NCBI GenBank assembly: GCA_050049355.1
Contig: JASFWK010000003.1
Span: forward strand, 1 to 55,933
Length of the DNA stretch: 55,933 nt
Direction: 5' to 3'
Source of the DNA: Anaerolineae bacterium
GTDB taxonomy: Bacteria; Chloroflexota; Anaerolineae; B4-G1; DUEL01
Part shown: piece after piece, positions 37,780-46,275 of the stretch
How positions within the stretch are numbered: position 1 is the stretch's first letter
Layout of the letters: every line of letters begins with the position of its first letter
Position numbers and translations under genes: made by a program
The notes under the pieces: model-generated
What the model was told of the DNA's origin: nothing
What the model saw: only the letters and a program-made list of their open reading frames with translations
Database searches by the model: none

Positions 37780-40700
37780 TCCGCCGACGGCTACCTACAC
37801 TGGCTTCAGCCCTCATACTAATCCTGCTGCCACTGACGCTGTTCGCCCCCGTGGCCCTGGGAGACCGCACGCTCCTACCCGCCGATGTCCTCTTCCTGTT
37901 CGAGCCCTACAGAGCAGCAGCTGACGAGCTGGGGGTTGGCATCCCCCAGAACCCCCTGTTCGGCGACCTGATCCTGGAGAACTACGCCTGGAAGCAATTC
38001 CTGGTGGAGGCAATCCACAATCGCGATCTTCCTCTCTGGGATCCTTACACCTTCGCCGGTCACCCTTTCCTGGCCAACGGGCAGCACTCGGCCCTATATC
38101 CGCTGGCTGTCACCTTCTATCTCATCCCCCTGTGGCGTGCCTATGGCCTCTTCATCTGGCTCCAGCTCGGGCTGGCGGGGTGCTGGGCCTACCTATTCGC
38201 GCGTACATTGGGAGTGCGTCGCCTGGGTGCGCTAATCGGCGGCATCACGTTCCAGCTCAGCGGCTTCATGCTGGTCTCCGTGGTCCATCCGATGATCGTC
38301 GCCGGCGCTTCGTGGCTGCCCTTCATCCTGGCGATGGTGGAGCGGCTGATCCAACAGCGACCAGCGCTGGGCAGACGCCCCTCCAGCCTTCCCTGGACAC
38401 TGCTTGGGGCACTCGGTCTCGGCTGTCAGATGCTTGCCGGTCACGCGGAGAATACATACTTCGTGCTGCTGGTGACGGCGCTCTATGCCGGATGGCGGCT
38501 CGTTCACTCTTCCATCCATTCCTCGCCCGCTGACTCCGCACCTGGTCCAAGCCGCGTCCGCCCTGTCTTGTGGTTGATGGCAATGGTGGGGCTGGGGTTG
38601 GCGCTGGGGGCCGTGCAGTTCATACCGCTGTACGAGGTAGCGGCGAGCAGCTTCCGCGCCGGAGAAGCAGCGCCAACTCTGTCCCAGGTGTTGGGCTGGG
38701 CGTACCCGCCGCGGCGGTTGATCACCTTCGCAATCCCAAACTTCTTCGGCAACCCAGCCCATCACGGCCACTTCGACCTTTTCCAGGGACAAGCAGTCCG
38801 GGCCACCGCGAACGCCCTTGGGGAGGATATCCTGAGCCATGATTGGGGGATCAAGAACTACGTAGAGGGCGGCGCGTACCTGGGGCTGTTGCCGCTGTTG
38901 CTGGCGGTTCTGGCTGTCTTCCGACCCCCGAATCTGCGAGTCCCGAACGGCGAAGGTCGTGGATTCGTACTTCGCAGGATCGGAAACTGGTTTCGCCATC
39001 CGTACGTCCCGTTTTTCACGCTGCTGAGCCTCTTCTCCCTGGGTTGTGTATTCGGCACCCCGCTCTATGCTCCGGTCTACGCGCTTCCTTTCTTCCGTCA
39101 GTCCCACTCCCCCTTCCGCTGGGTCTTCCCTCTCACCCTATCGGTGGCGATGCTGGCAGGCTTCGGGATCGAGGTGGTGCGAAGGAGCAGGGAGAAAAGG
39201 ACCCTCTCGCAACCCACCCGCCGCAGTCTACGATCGCGAATCGGCAGCCTATTCCTCCTCAACACCGCTCCCACCCTGGTCTCTATCGTCGCCGCGCTGG
39301 CCTTCTGGGGTGGGGTAGTGACACTGACGGGGTTGGTTCTCAGTCGGGTTCTGTTCGTCGAAATCGAGCCGTTGGTGAAGCGGGCTTTCTGGAACCTGAC
39401 CCTCGCGCCCAACGCCTTCGCCGATCACCGCGCCTTCTACTCTTACGAGTTCCAATGGATCGCCCTCTTCGGTCTCGTTCTGACCGGCACCGGGATCGTT
39501 CTGAGAGTGAGCCGCTGTCCCATCAGCCTCCGTGGCCGACCCGTATGGGAGCCGCTGGCGGTGGTCCTGCTGGTGGCCGACCTGGCCTCGTTCGGCGCGG
39601 GATTCCATCCGGCCGTGGACCCCGCCCTACTGGACTACACCCCGCCGGTGGTGGAGTTCCTCCAAGAGGACACTTCCCTCTGGCGGTACGCCGCCTTCAC
39701 CCCGCCGGGTTCCACCAAGACGATGAACCCCAACGCGGGGATGTTCTACGATCTCCAGGCGGTGGACGGATATGACTCACTCTTCCCACGCCAGTACGCC
39801 GATTACATGGAGCTCATCGAGGAACAGGATGAGCTCAGGTATAATCTCATCGCCCCCTTTCGCAATTGGTCCAGTCTGGATAGCCCCTTGACGGACCTCC
39901 TCAACGTCAAATACGTTATCACTGAGGCTGAGATTCCCAACCCGGCCAAGTACCGCTTGGCCTACCAGGACGAGGCGGTGCGCGTCTACGAGAACCTGAC
40001 GGTGATGCCCCGGGCCTTCACTCTCCCCATCTCCGCAACCGTCGTCGCCGACGACGTGGCCGAAGCCCTGCGCACCCACGACCCCCATCGCTTCGTCATC
40101 GTGGAGTCACCGCCCTCCCGCGCAGCTTCGAATCTGCAACCCGCTGCCCCAAGCCCACAGCCCGTGACCCACTACACGATCAACGAGGTATTCGTGGATG
40201 CGGCTATTCCCGAGCTCAGCTGGCTCGTGCTGACCGACTCGTTCTTCCCCGGCTGGCGCGCCTTCGTGCGGCCGCACGGCAGTGGGGAAGAGGCGGAGCA
40301 GGAGATCACCATAGCGCGAGTGGATGGGAACTTCAGAGGCGTCTTGTTGGAAGCGGGAGAGTGGACAGTTCGCTTCAAGTACAGCCCGAACAGTGTGAAG
40401 ATAGGCAGCTTCCTCTCCTTCATCGCCGGAATGGTGGTTCTCTTTCTTGCCGGATTCTATCTATGGCGCTTTTTCTATCGGGAGGATGCCGAACCCAGCA
40501 CGGTCCAGCGGGTGGCCAAGAACTCCCTTGCCCCCATTGTGACCAACCTCTTCAACCGAGTCATCGACCTCGCCTTCGCCGCGCTTATGGCCCGCATCTT
40601 GGGACCGGTGGGGAACGGCCGCTACGCCACTGCCATCGCCGTCTTCGGCTGGTTCGACATCCTGACCAACTTCGGCTTGAATATGTACCTCCTGCGGGAA

Positions 40701-41981
40701 GTCGCCCGCGAACGAGATCGGGCCGGCCGGCTTCTCGTCAATACCACCGCCCTGCGGCTCACCCTATTAGGCGTGGGGATACCGCTCCTTTCTTTGTTCT
40801 TGTGGGGACGACAGGCACTGGCAGAGCCGATGGCCGCAGACACGGTCAAGGCGATCCTGCTCCTCTATCTGGGCCTCCTGCCAGGGACCGTGGCGATGGG
40901 GTTGGGGGCATTCTTCCAGGCCTTCGAGAGGCACGAGATTCCCGCCGCCATCCAGACCTTCACCACAATCATCAAGGTGACCTTGGGTGTATTGCTGCTC
41001 GTGGGGGGGCTGGGGATCGTGGGCTTGGCCGGCGCCTCTATCGTGACCAATCTCGCCACATTGGCGATATTGGCAATTCTGGCTCACCGACTCATCTTCA
41101 GGGGGGAGCGCGCGCTGCCGCTGGGGTTGGATCGCCAATTGCTACGGCGGATGGTGCGGGATAGCTGGGCGTTGATGCTCGTCCACCTCCTGCAGTCCCT
41201 CTTCTTCAAGGTGGACGTAGTACTCCTGCAGGGAATGCAGGGAGACGCCGTGGCGGGCTGGTACGACGCAGCCTACAAATGGGTGAACGCGCTCAACATC
41301 ATTCCCTCGTTCTTCACCTTCGCCGTATTCCCCGTAATGTCCCGCCAGGCGGCACAGGACCGTGCCGCACTTCTCCGCTCCTACCGCCTTTCGGTCAAGC
41401 TGCTGGTGGTGGTGGCCCTTCCGGCAGCGGTGATCTGCACCCTGACGGCCCGCGGTCTGGTGGGCGTCTTGAGCGGGCCAGCCTTCCTGCCCGACGGAGC
41501 GATCGCCTTGCAGCTTGTGATCTGGTCAATCCCCATTGGCTGGATCAACAGCCTGACCAATTACGTACTCATTGCCTTGAACCGGCAGCGACACGTGGCA
41601 GTCGCCTCGGCGGTGGGGCTGGCCTTCAACCTGACAGCCAACGCACTGCTGATCCCCCGCTACAGTTACGCCGCCTCGGCGGTAGTGACGATCCTCAGCG
41701 AAGCAGTGCTGCTCGGGGCCTTCTACATCCTACTGCGGCGCGACCTGAGGCCCGTTGGATGGGTGCAAGTCCTGGGCCGGCCCGCCCTGGCCGGACTGAC
41801 GATGGCGGCAGCTGCCTGGGCGGTGGCTCCCTTCAACCGGCCACTGGCCGTCATGGCGGGTTTGGGGATCTACCTGACGGGACTGGTCCTCCTGCGGGTC
41901 CTCACACCGGAGGAACTGGGGATGTTGACGCCCTTAATCCCCTGGAAGAGACGCGAGCGCTCCGTTCCCACTCCTCGGTAG
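37776..41981 (+). CDS. fusion protein: YfhO-family GT-C-like membrane protein (N-terminal, about 900 aa) + MOP/Wzx-type polysaccharide flippase (C-terminal, about 490 aa)
   Basis: N-terminus reads [10 protein letters not shown]...[23 protein letters not shown] (YfhO-like). From about nt 40500 the pattern is Polysacc_synt-like ([22 protein letters not shown]...GWYDAAYKW...). The ATG at 37776 overlaps the GT2 stop as ATGA. Confidence 0.8.
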   Translation: MIRRRLPTLASALILILLPLTLFAPVALGDRTLLPADVLFLFEPYRAAADELGVGIPQNPLFGDLILENYAWKQFLVEAIHNRDLPLWDPYTFAGHPFLANGQHSALYPLAVTFYLIPLWRAYGLFIWLQLGLAGCWAYLFARTLGVRRLGALIGGITFQLSGFMLVSVVHPMIVAGASWLPFILAMVERLIQQRPALGRRPSSLPWTLLGALGLGCQMLAGHAENTYFVLLVTALYAGWRLVHSSIHSSPADSAPGPSRVRPVLWLMAMVGLGLALGAVQFIPLYEVAASSFRAGEAAPTLSQVLGWAYPPRRLITFAIPNFFGNPAHHGHFDLFQGQAVRATANALGEDILSHDWGIKNYVEGGAYLGLLPLLLAVLAVFRPPNLRVPNGEGRGFVLRRIGNWFRHPYVPFFTLLSLFSLGCVFGTPLYAPVYALPFFRQSHSPFRWVFPLTLSVAMLAGFGIEVVRRSREKRTLSQPTRRSLRSRIGSLFLLNTAPTLVSIVAALAFWGGVVTLTGLVLSRVLFVEIEPLVKRAFWNLTLAPNAFADHRAFYSYEFQWIALFGLVLTGTGIVLRVSRCPISLRGRPVWEPLAVVLLVADLASFGAGFHPAVDPALLDYTPPVVEFLQEDTSLWRYAAFTPPGSTKTMNPNAGMFYDLQAVDGYDSLFPRQYADYMELIEEQDELRYNLIAPFRNWSSLDSPLTDLLNVKYVITEAEIPNPAKYRLAYQDEAVRVYENLTVMPRAFTLPISATVVADDVAEALRTHDPHRFVIVESPPSRAASNLQPAAPSPQPVTHYTINEVFVDAAIPELSWLVLTDSFFPGWRAFVRPHGSGEEAEQEITIARVDGNFRGVLLEAGEWTVRFKYSPNSVKIGSFLSFIAGMVVLFLAGFYLWRFFYREDAEPSTVQRVAKNSLAPIVTNLFNRVIDLAFAALMARILGPVGNGRYATAIAVFGWFDILTNFGLNMYLLREVARERDRAGRLLVNTTALRLTLLGVGIPLLSLFLWGRQALAEPMAADTVKAILLLYLGLLPGTVAMGLGAFFQAFERHEIPAAIQTFTTIIKVTLGVLLLVGGLGIVGLAGASIVTNLATLAILAILAHRLIFRGERALPLGLDRQLLRRMVRDSWALMLVHLLQSLFFKVDVVLLQGMQGDAVAGWYDAAYKWVNALNIIPSFFTFAVFPVMSRQAAQDRAALLRSYRLSVKLLVVVALPAAVICTLTARGLVGVLSGPAFLPDGAIALQLVIWSIPIGWINSLTNYVLIALNRQRHVAVASAVGLAFNLTANALLIPRYSYAASAVVTILSEAVLLGAFYILLRRDLRPVGWVQVLGRPALAGLTMAAAAWAVAPFNRPLAVMAGLGIYLTGLVLLRVLTPEELGMLTPLIPWKRRERSVPTPR

Positions 41982-42037
41982 ACGCAGCGCCTCCATCTGG
42001 ACTCCCAGTGGGCTCATGGACTGCAGGACGGAGCCAA

Positions 42038-42463
42038 TCACTGGCTCAGTTGCTCCACCGTCGCCACGATCTCCGCCCGGTCTGGCATCCCACCCTTCCC
42101 ATAGATCACCTCTCCCGTCCCGTCGAAAACCAGCATAGTGGGCACGCCGCGTACGCCATAGCGTACGGCCAGCCCACGTCCCACGGATGACAAGAGGCTA
42201 ATTCGCATCACCTCCGCCCGGCCCTCAAGTTCCGCCTCCAACCCGTCCACGACGGGCTTGGCCGTCAGGCAGGGAGCTCAAGTGTTGGAGTAGATTTCCA
42301 CCACAATCGGCCGACCGGACCGCACACGTTGGTCGAACTCCTCGATCGAGGAGAGAGCAGTGCCCTGCGTGCGCAAGATCAGCCAGGCCGCCGCCAGCCC
42401 CCCGATCAGAATCAGGATCAGCCAGTTCTCTCTCAGAAACTGTGCAATGAACATGATCTCCAT
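42038..42463 (-). CDS. membrane-anchored thioredoxin-fold protein with in-frame TGA at the CXXC position (candidate selenoprotein, or a nonsense pseudogene)
   Basis: ORFs 42278..42463 and 42038..42250 share one frame, separated by the TGA at 42278-42280 and 9 sense codons. Read-through gives ...RPIVVEIYSNT-U-APCLTAKP...GVRGVPTMLVFDG..., which is thioredoxin-like. An alternative start lies at 42454. Confidence 0.6.
42238..42261 (-). other. SECIS-like hairpin downstream of the in-frame UGA
   Basis: CCAAgCCCGUC-GUG-GACGGGUUGG forms 10 bp with one bulged G. It begins 16 nt after the UGA, and the G-containing apical loop lies about 27 nt from the UGA. Confidence 0.4.
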
Positions 42464-42616
42464 CCCTCACTTCAGACTCATTCCCACATCTGTCGCTGGC
42501 TTGAGCGACTTGCCAACGTCAAGCCCTCGGCACCCCGTCTCGTTGGCGAAGCGCCCAGGGCCTGATGACGTAGCGAAAACCCCGCTTGTCTCAGTCAGTC
42601 AGCTGAGCCAGCAATC

Positions 42617-43033
42617 TCAGCGACAGCTACACTCCTCCGGCGAATCGCAGTCGCAGGCCTCCGCGACCGCCTCGATCTCCACACGCGCCCCCAGCGGCAG
42701 CGCCGCCACCTGCACCGCCGACCGGGCGGGCGGTTCCTCTGGAAAGAACTCAGCATAGACGCCATTCATCCGGGCGAATTCCCCGATATCCTGCAAGAAC
42801 ACGGTCGTCTTGACCACATGCCGCATGCAGGAACCGGCCGCCTCCAAGACCGCCTCGACGTTCTTCAGCGCCTGGCGGGTCTGGGCCTCAATGTCGGGTC
42901 CTACGAACTCCTTCGAACCAGGCGCAATGCCCAACTGGCCGGCGGTGTAGATGAGACCGCCCACCCGAACTGCCTGGGAGTAGGGTCCCACGGCAGCGGG
43001 GGCTTCGTCGGTAGTGATGACTTCCTTGTTCAC
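42617..43033 (-). CDS. ridA: RidA/YjgF-family reactive intermediate deaminase with a Cys-rich C-terminal tail
   Basis: Motifs PAAVGPYSQAV and ARVEIEAVA. The GTG start is preceded by GAGAGGAGG. An extra tail EACDCDSPEECSCR follows. Confidence 0.88.
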   Translation of the reverse strand: MNKEVITTDEAPAAVGPYSQAVRVGGLIYTAGQLGIAPGSKEFVGPDIEAQTRQALKNVEAVLEAAGSCMRHVVKTTVFLQDIGEFARMNGVYAEFFPEEPPARSAVQVAALPLGARVEIEAVAEACDCDSPEECSCR

Positions 43034-43063
43034 GATCGCCTCCTCTCAGCAGCATACAACCCT

Positions 43064-43091
43064 ATTGTAGACTATCCTGGGAGGAGTGCAA
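43064..43091 (-). promoter_or_regulatory. sigma70-type promoter candidate for ridA
   Basis: Minus strand reads TTGCAC (43091-86), a 16 nt spacer, then TACAAT (43069-64). Confidence 0.45.
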
Positions 43092-43129
43092 GTAGGGACT
43101 TGCGCGAACTGCGCTCCCCCCAAAGCTCT

Positions 43130-43158
43130 TTGACATATTCGCAAAAACACCGTATACT
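43130..43158 (+). promoter_or_regulatory. near-consensus promoter-like sequence facing antisense into 43170..43646
   Basis: TTGACA (43130-35), a 17 nt spacer, then TATACT (43153-58) on the plus strand. No plus-strand CDS with an SD follows. Confidence 0.3.
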
Positions 43159-43169
43159 CTTACCTCGCT

Positions 43170-43646
43170 CTACAACAGAAACGAGAGGAATCGGTCCAGC
43201 AGATTCGCGTTGCTGGTGCGAGCGGACCTGCTGGTTGGCGGCGCAGAGCCGGGGAGGTGTCTCAGTCCGTGGAGACGGTTAGCGGGATTGAACGGGCGAC
43301 TGCAGACCGGAATACCTCTTCGCCACAGCAGGTACTCGGCCCAGTTGGCCTGTCGCCGCTTGACGCGGAAGGTCAGGTATTCTCGCGTGAAGCCGCGATC
43401 CCAGATTCTGACTCCATAGCGGGCCAGGAACCTCTCGATATCAATACCTCGCCATGGGCAGTCGCGCGGTACGTAGATTGGCCATGTGTTGCGAAAAGTG
43501 ACACAGTCAACAACCTCACCGAGTACCCCGAGGACTCCGCTGCGTTGCGCGGCACCTCGCCAATCTGCGTTTAGGAACGTCGAGACGAACCCTTCAACCC
43601 GGCTGATCAGATCCAGGTGTGCGAGCCACTCCAGTGGGTCGCCCAT
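43170..43646 (-). CDS. hypothetical protein (158 aa), candidate SOS-regulated
   Basis: Strong SD AGGAGGTGGAAG directly precedes the ATG. It has its own TTGCCA-17-TATAAT promoter with a LexA-type box at the transcription start. I recognise no family. Confidence 0.7.
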   Translation of the reverse strand: MGDPLEWLAHLDLISRVEGFVSTFLNADWRGAAQRSGVLGVLGEVVDCVTFRNTWPIYVPRDCPWRGIDIERFLARYGVRIWDRGFTREYLTFRVKRRQANWAEYLLWRRGIPVCSRPFNPANRLHGLRHLPGSAPPTSRSARTSNANLLDRFLSFLL

Positions 43647-43668
43647 CTTCCACCTCCTAGCAGGCTTC

Positions 43669-43684
43669 TAGAACGCATGTTCTA
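43669..43684. promoter_or_regulatory. LexA (Cheo-type) box candidate in a divergent promoter region
   Basis: TAGAAC-GCAT-GTTCTA is a perfect 6+6 inverted repeat matching GAAC-N4-GTTC. Confidence 0.6.
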
Positions 43685-43712
43685 TTATACATGACTTAGT
43701 GCACCTTGGCAA
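43684..43712 (-). promoter_or_regulatory. sigma70-type promoter for 43170..43646
   Basis: Minus strand reads TTGCCA (43712-07), a 17 nt spacer, then TATAAT (43689-84). Confidence 0.55.
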
Positions 43713-43730
43713 GTGTCCTGAGGGCGGGCA

Positions 43731-44066
43731 ATGGACATACGACAGCAGTTGTTGGAACTACTGAGCGAATGGCTTGCCGAGTCCCGCGCCATGGCCGGCT
43801 TTGAGCGGGGTTTGTGCGCAGGGTGCGCGGGAGCTTTGATCCTCTCCTTTGGCGCCTTCATGGTTCGCATCTGGTGGGGAAAGGTCACAGCTCCCTACAG
43901 ACCCCAGAAGGTGACCCTCACCACCGCCAAGACCCCTGCACAGGTCCAGCGCGATAGCTGCCTTTGGCTCCTGATTGCCCTTCTCGGCTGCCTGGTCCTG
44001 ACAATCGTCTTTCCGGAGGCACCTGGGGAAGTCTGGCAGGTACTGCTGAATGTGCTATTCGGTTAG
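43731..44066 (+). CDS. hypothetical small membrane protein (111 aa, two predicted TM helices)
   Basis: The ATG is preceded by GAGGGCGGGCA. Hydrophobic segments are LCAGCAGALILSFGAFMVRIWW and CLWLLIALLGCLVLTIVF. It sits between a LexA-type box and uvrB. Confidence 0.6.
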   Translation: MDIRQQLLELLSEWLAESRAMAGFERGLCAGCAGALILSFGAFMVRIWWGKVTAPYRPQKVTLTTAKTPAQVQRDSCLWLLIALLGCLVLTIVFPEAPGEVWQVLLNVLFG

Positions 44067-44150
44067 ACCAAGAACCGTTTCTCTCCTGTCCTTCAGGCAT
44101 CCCCTGGTCAGTGCAGGGATCCGCTCCTGGCCGAATCGCCGGCGCGACCC

Positions 44151-44179
44151 TTGCTGGTAGGGGAATCCCAGAGTATAAT
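44151..44179 (+). promoter_or_regulatory. sigma70-type promoter for uvrB
   Basis: TTGCTG (44151-56), a 17 nt spacer, then TATAAT (44174-79). Confidence 0.55.
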
Positions 44180-44185
44180 GAATGC

Positions 44186-44199
44186 CGAACTGACGTTCT
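44186..44199. promoter_or_regulatory. LexA (Cheo-type) box candidate immediately downstream of the uvrB -10
   Basis: CGAAC-TGAC-GTTCT matches GAAC-N4-GTTC. uvrB is a classical SOS gene. Confidence 0.65.
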
Positions 44200-44221
44200 A
44201 TCAACTGCAAGATGATTGTCG

Positions 44222-46261
44222 ATGCCCAAGTTTGAACTTGTCTCCGAATTCAGACCCACAGGCGACCAACCGCAGGCCATAGCAGCGCTGGTGGATGGCA
44301 TTCGCAAGGGGGACAAACACCAGACCTTGCTGGGGGCCACCGGCACGGGCAAGACTTACACCCTGGCCTGCGTCATCGAAGAGGTCCAGAAGCCCACGCT
44401 GGTCATCGCCCACAACAAGACCCTGGCGGCCCAACTCTACTCCGAGTTTCGCGACTTCTTCCCTCGCAACGCCGTCGAGTACTTTGTCTCCTACTATGAC
44501 TACTACCAGCCGGAGGCCTACCTGCCTCAGTACGATCTCTACATCGAGAAGGACGCTGACATCAACGAGGAGATCGACCGGCTGCGCTTGGCTGCGACAA
44601 CTGCTCTCTTCTCCCGTCGCGACGTGGTTATCGTCGCCTCTGTCTCCTGCATCTACGCCCTGGGCGATCCGCAGGAGTGGGGCCGCGTAGTGGTTGAGCT
44701 GACTCGCGGAGAGCGCCATCGGCGCAGCACACTTCTTCGCCACTTGGTGAGCATCTACTACGAACGCACCAACATGGATCTGCAGCGAGGCAGCTTCCGC
44801 GTGCGAGGGGATACGCTGGAGATCCTGCCGGCCTACGCCGAGACCGCCTACCGCGTCGGCTTCTGGGGAGACGAGGTCGAGCGCATCACGAAGATAGACC
44901 CGCTCACCGGTGAGGTCCTGGCGGAGCTGGACCAGGCAAAGATCTTCCCCGCCAAGCACTTCGTCACCCCCGATCAGAAGCGAGAGAAGGCTCTGAGCGA
45001 CATCGAGGCCGAGTTGGAGGAGCAGCTGGCTCAGATGAAGTCAGCGGGGAAACTCCTGGAGGCGCAGCGGCTGGAGCAGCGCACCCGCTACGACCTGGAG
45101 ATGATCAAAGAGATCGGTTACTGTGCCGGAATAGAGAACTACTCGCGCCACCTCCAGCAGCGCCCACCGGGGTCGCCCCCCTGGACCCTGATCGACTACT
45201 TCCCAGCGGACTACCTGCTGATCGTGGACGAATCTCACATGACCGTCCCGCAGATCCGAGGAATGTACCGCGGCGACCGCAGCCGCAAGGAGGTCCTCGT
45301 ACAACACGGCTTCCGACTCCCCTCGGCGCTCGACAACCGTCCCCTCAGATTCAAGGAGTTTGAGGAGCGGGTCAACCAGGCCATCTACACCTCTGCTACC
45401 CCCGGGCCCTACGAGCAAGAGAAGAGCCAGCAGATCGCCGAACAGATCATCCGCCCCACCGGCGTCATAGATCCCAAGATCATCGTCAAACCGGTGCACG
45501 GGCAGGTGGACGATCTGGTGGGACAGATCAACGAGCGGGTGGGACGAGGAGAGCGGGTGTTGGTGACCACGCTGACGAAGCGCATGGCGGAGGATCTCTC
45601 CGACTACCTGCGAGAGCTAGGCATCAAGGTCCACTACCTCCACAGCGAGATCGAAACCATCGAGCGCGTGGAGATCCTTCGGGCCCTGCGGCTTGGAGCA
45701 TACGACGTCGTGGTGGGGATCAACCTCTTGCGTGAGGGATTGGATCTACCGGAGGTCAGCCTGGTGGCGATCCTGGACGCGGACAAGGAGGGATTCCTGC
45801 GCTCAGATACCGCCCTCATCCAGACCGTCGGGCGGGCGGCGCGGCACGTCAACGGGACCGCCATCCTGTACGCTGACAAGATCACAGACTCGATGCGACG
45901 CGCTATCGACGAGACAGAACGCCGCCGCAACGTTCAGATCGAGTACAACCAAGAGCACGACATCGTGCCTACCACCATCGTCAAAGAGGTGCGCGATCTG
46001 ACCGACCGGGTGCGCCGCCAGGCCGCCCCCGAGGCCGAACCGGATCTGACGCCGGCGCAGTTGCCCAAGGATGAGCTCACCCGCTTGATCCGGGAGCTTG
46101 AGAAGCAGATGAAGCACGCCGCGAAGGAGCTGGAGTTCGAGAAGGCAGCCCTCCTGCGCGATCAAATCTTTGAGCTGCGGGACGCGCTGGAGGCAAAGGA
46201 AGACCTCCCCGCCTGGGAGCGGGAGCGCCGAAGAGCGCGGGCGGGATCAAGGGTCAGCTAG
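44222..46261 (+). CDS. uvrB: excinuclease ABC subunit B
   Basis: Walker A GATGTGKT, the DESH box, and a C-terminal UVR motif ([18 protein letters not shown]). I prefer the ATG at 44222 over the TTG at 44216. Confidence 0.96.
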   Translation: MPKFELVSEFRPTGDQPQAIAALVDGIRKGDKHQTLLGATGTGKTYTLACVIEEVQKPTLVIAHNKTLAAQLYSEFRDFFPRNAVEYFVSYYDYYQPEAYLPQYDLYIEKDADINEEIDRLRLAATTALFSRRDVVIVASVSCIYALGDPQEWGRVVVELTRGERHRRSTLLRHLVSIYYERTNMDLQRGSFRVRGDTLEILPAYAETAYRVGFWGDEVERITKIDPLTGEVLAELDQAKIFPAKHFVTPDQKREKALSDIEAELEEQLAQMKSAGKLLEAQRLEQRTRYDLEMIKEIGYCAGIENYSRHLQQRPPGSPPWTLIDYFPADYLLIVDESHMTVPQIRGMYRGDRSRKEVLVQHGFRLPSALDNRPLRFKEFEERVNQAIYTSATPGPYEQEKSQQIAEQIIRPTGVIDPKIIVKPVHGQVDDLVGQINERVGRGERVLVTTLTKRMAEDLSDYLRELGIKVHYLHSEIETIERVEILRALRLGAYDVVVGINLLREGLDLPEVSLVAILDADKEGFLRSDTALIQTVGRAARHVNGTAILYADKITDSMRRAIDETERRRNVQIEYNQEHDIVPTTIVKEVRDLTDRVRRQAAPEAEPDLTPAQLPKDELTRLIRELEKQMKHAAKELEFEKAALLRDQIFELRDALEAKEDLPAWERERRRARAGSRVS

Positions 46262-46275
46262 CGAGGAGGTGTCCC

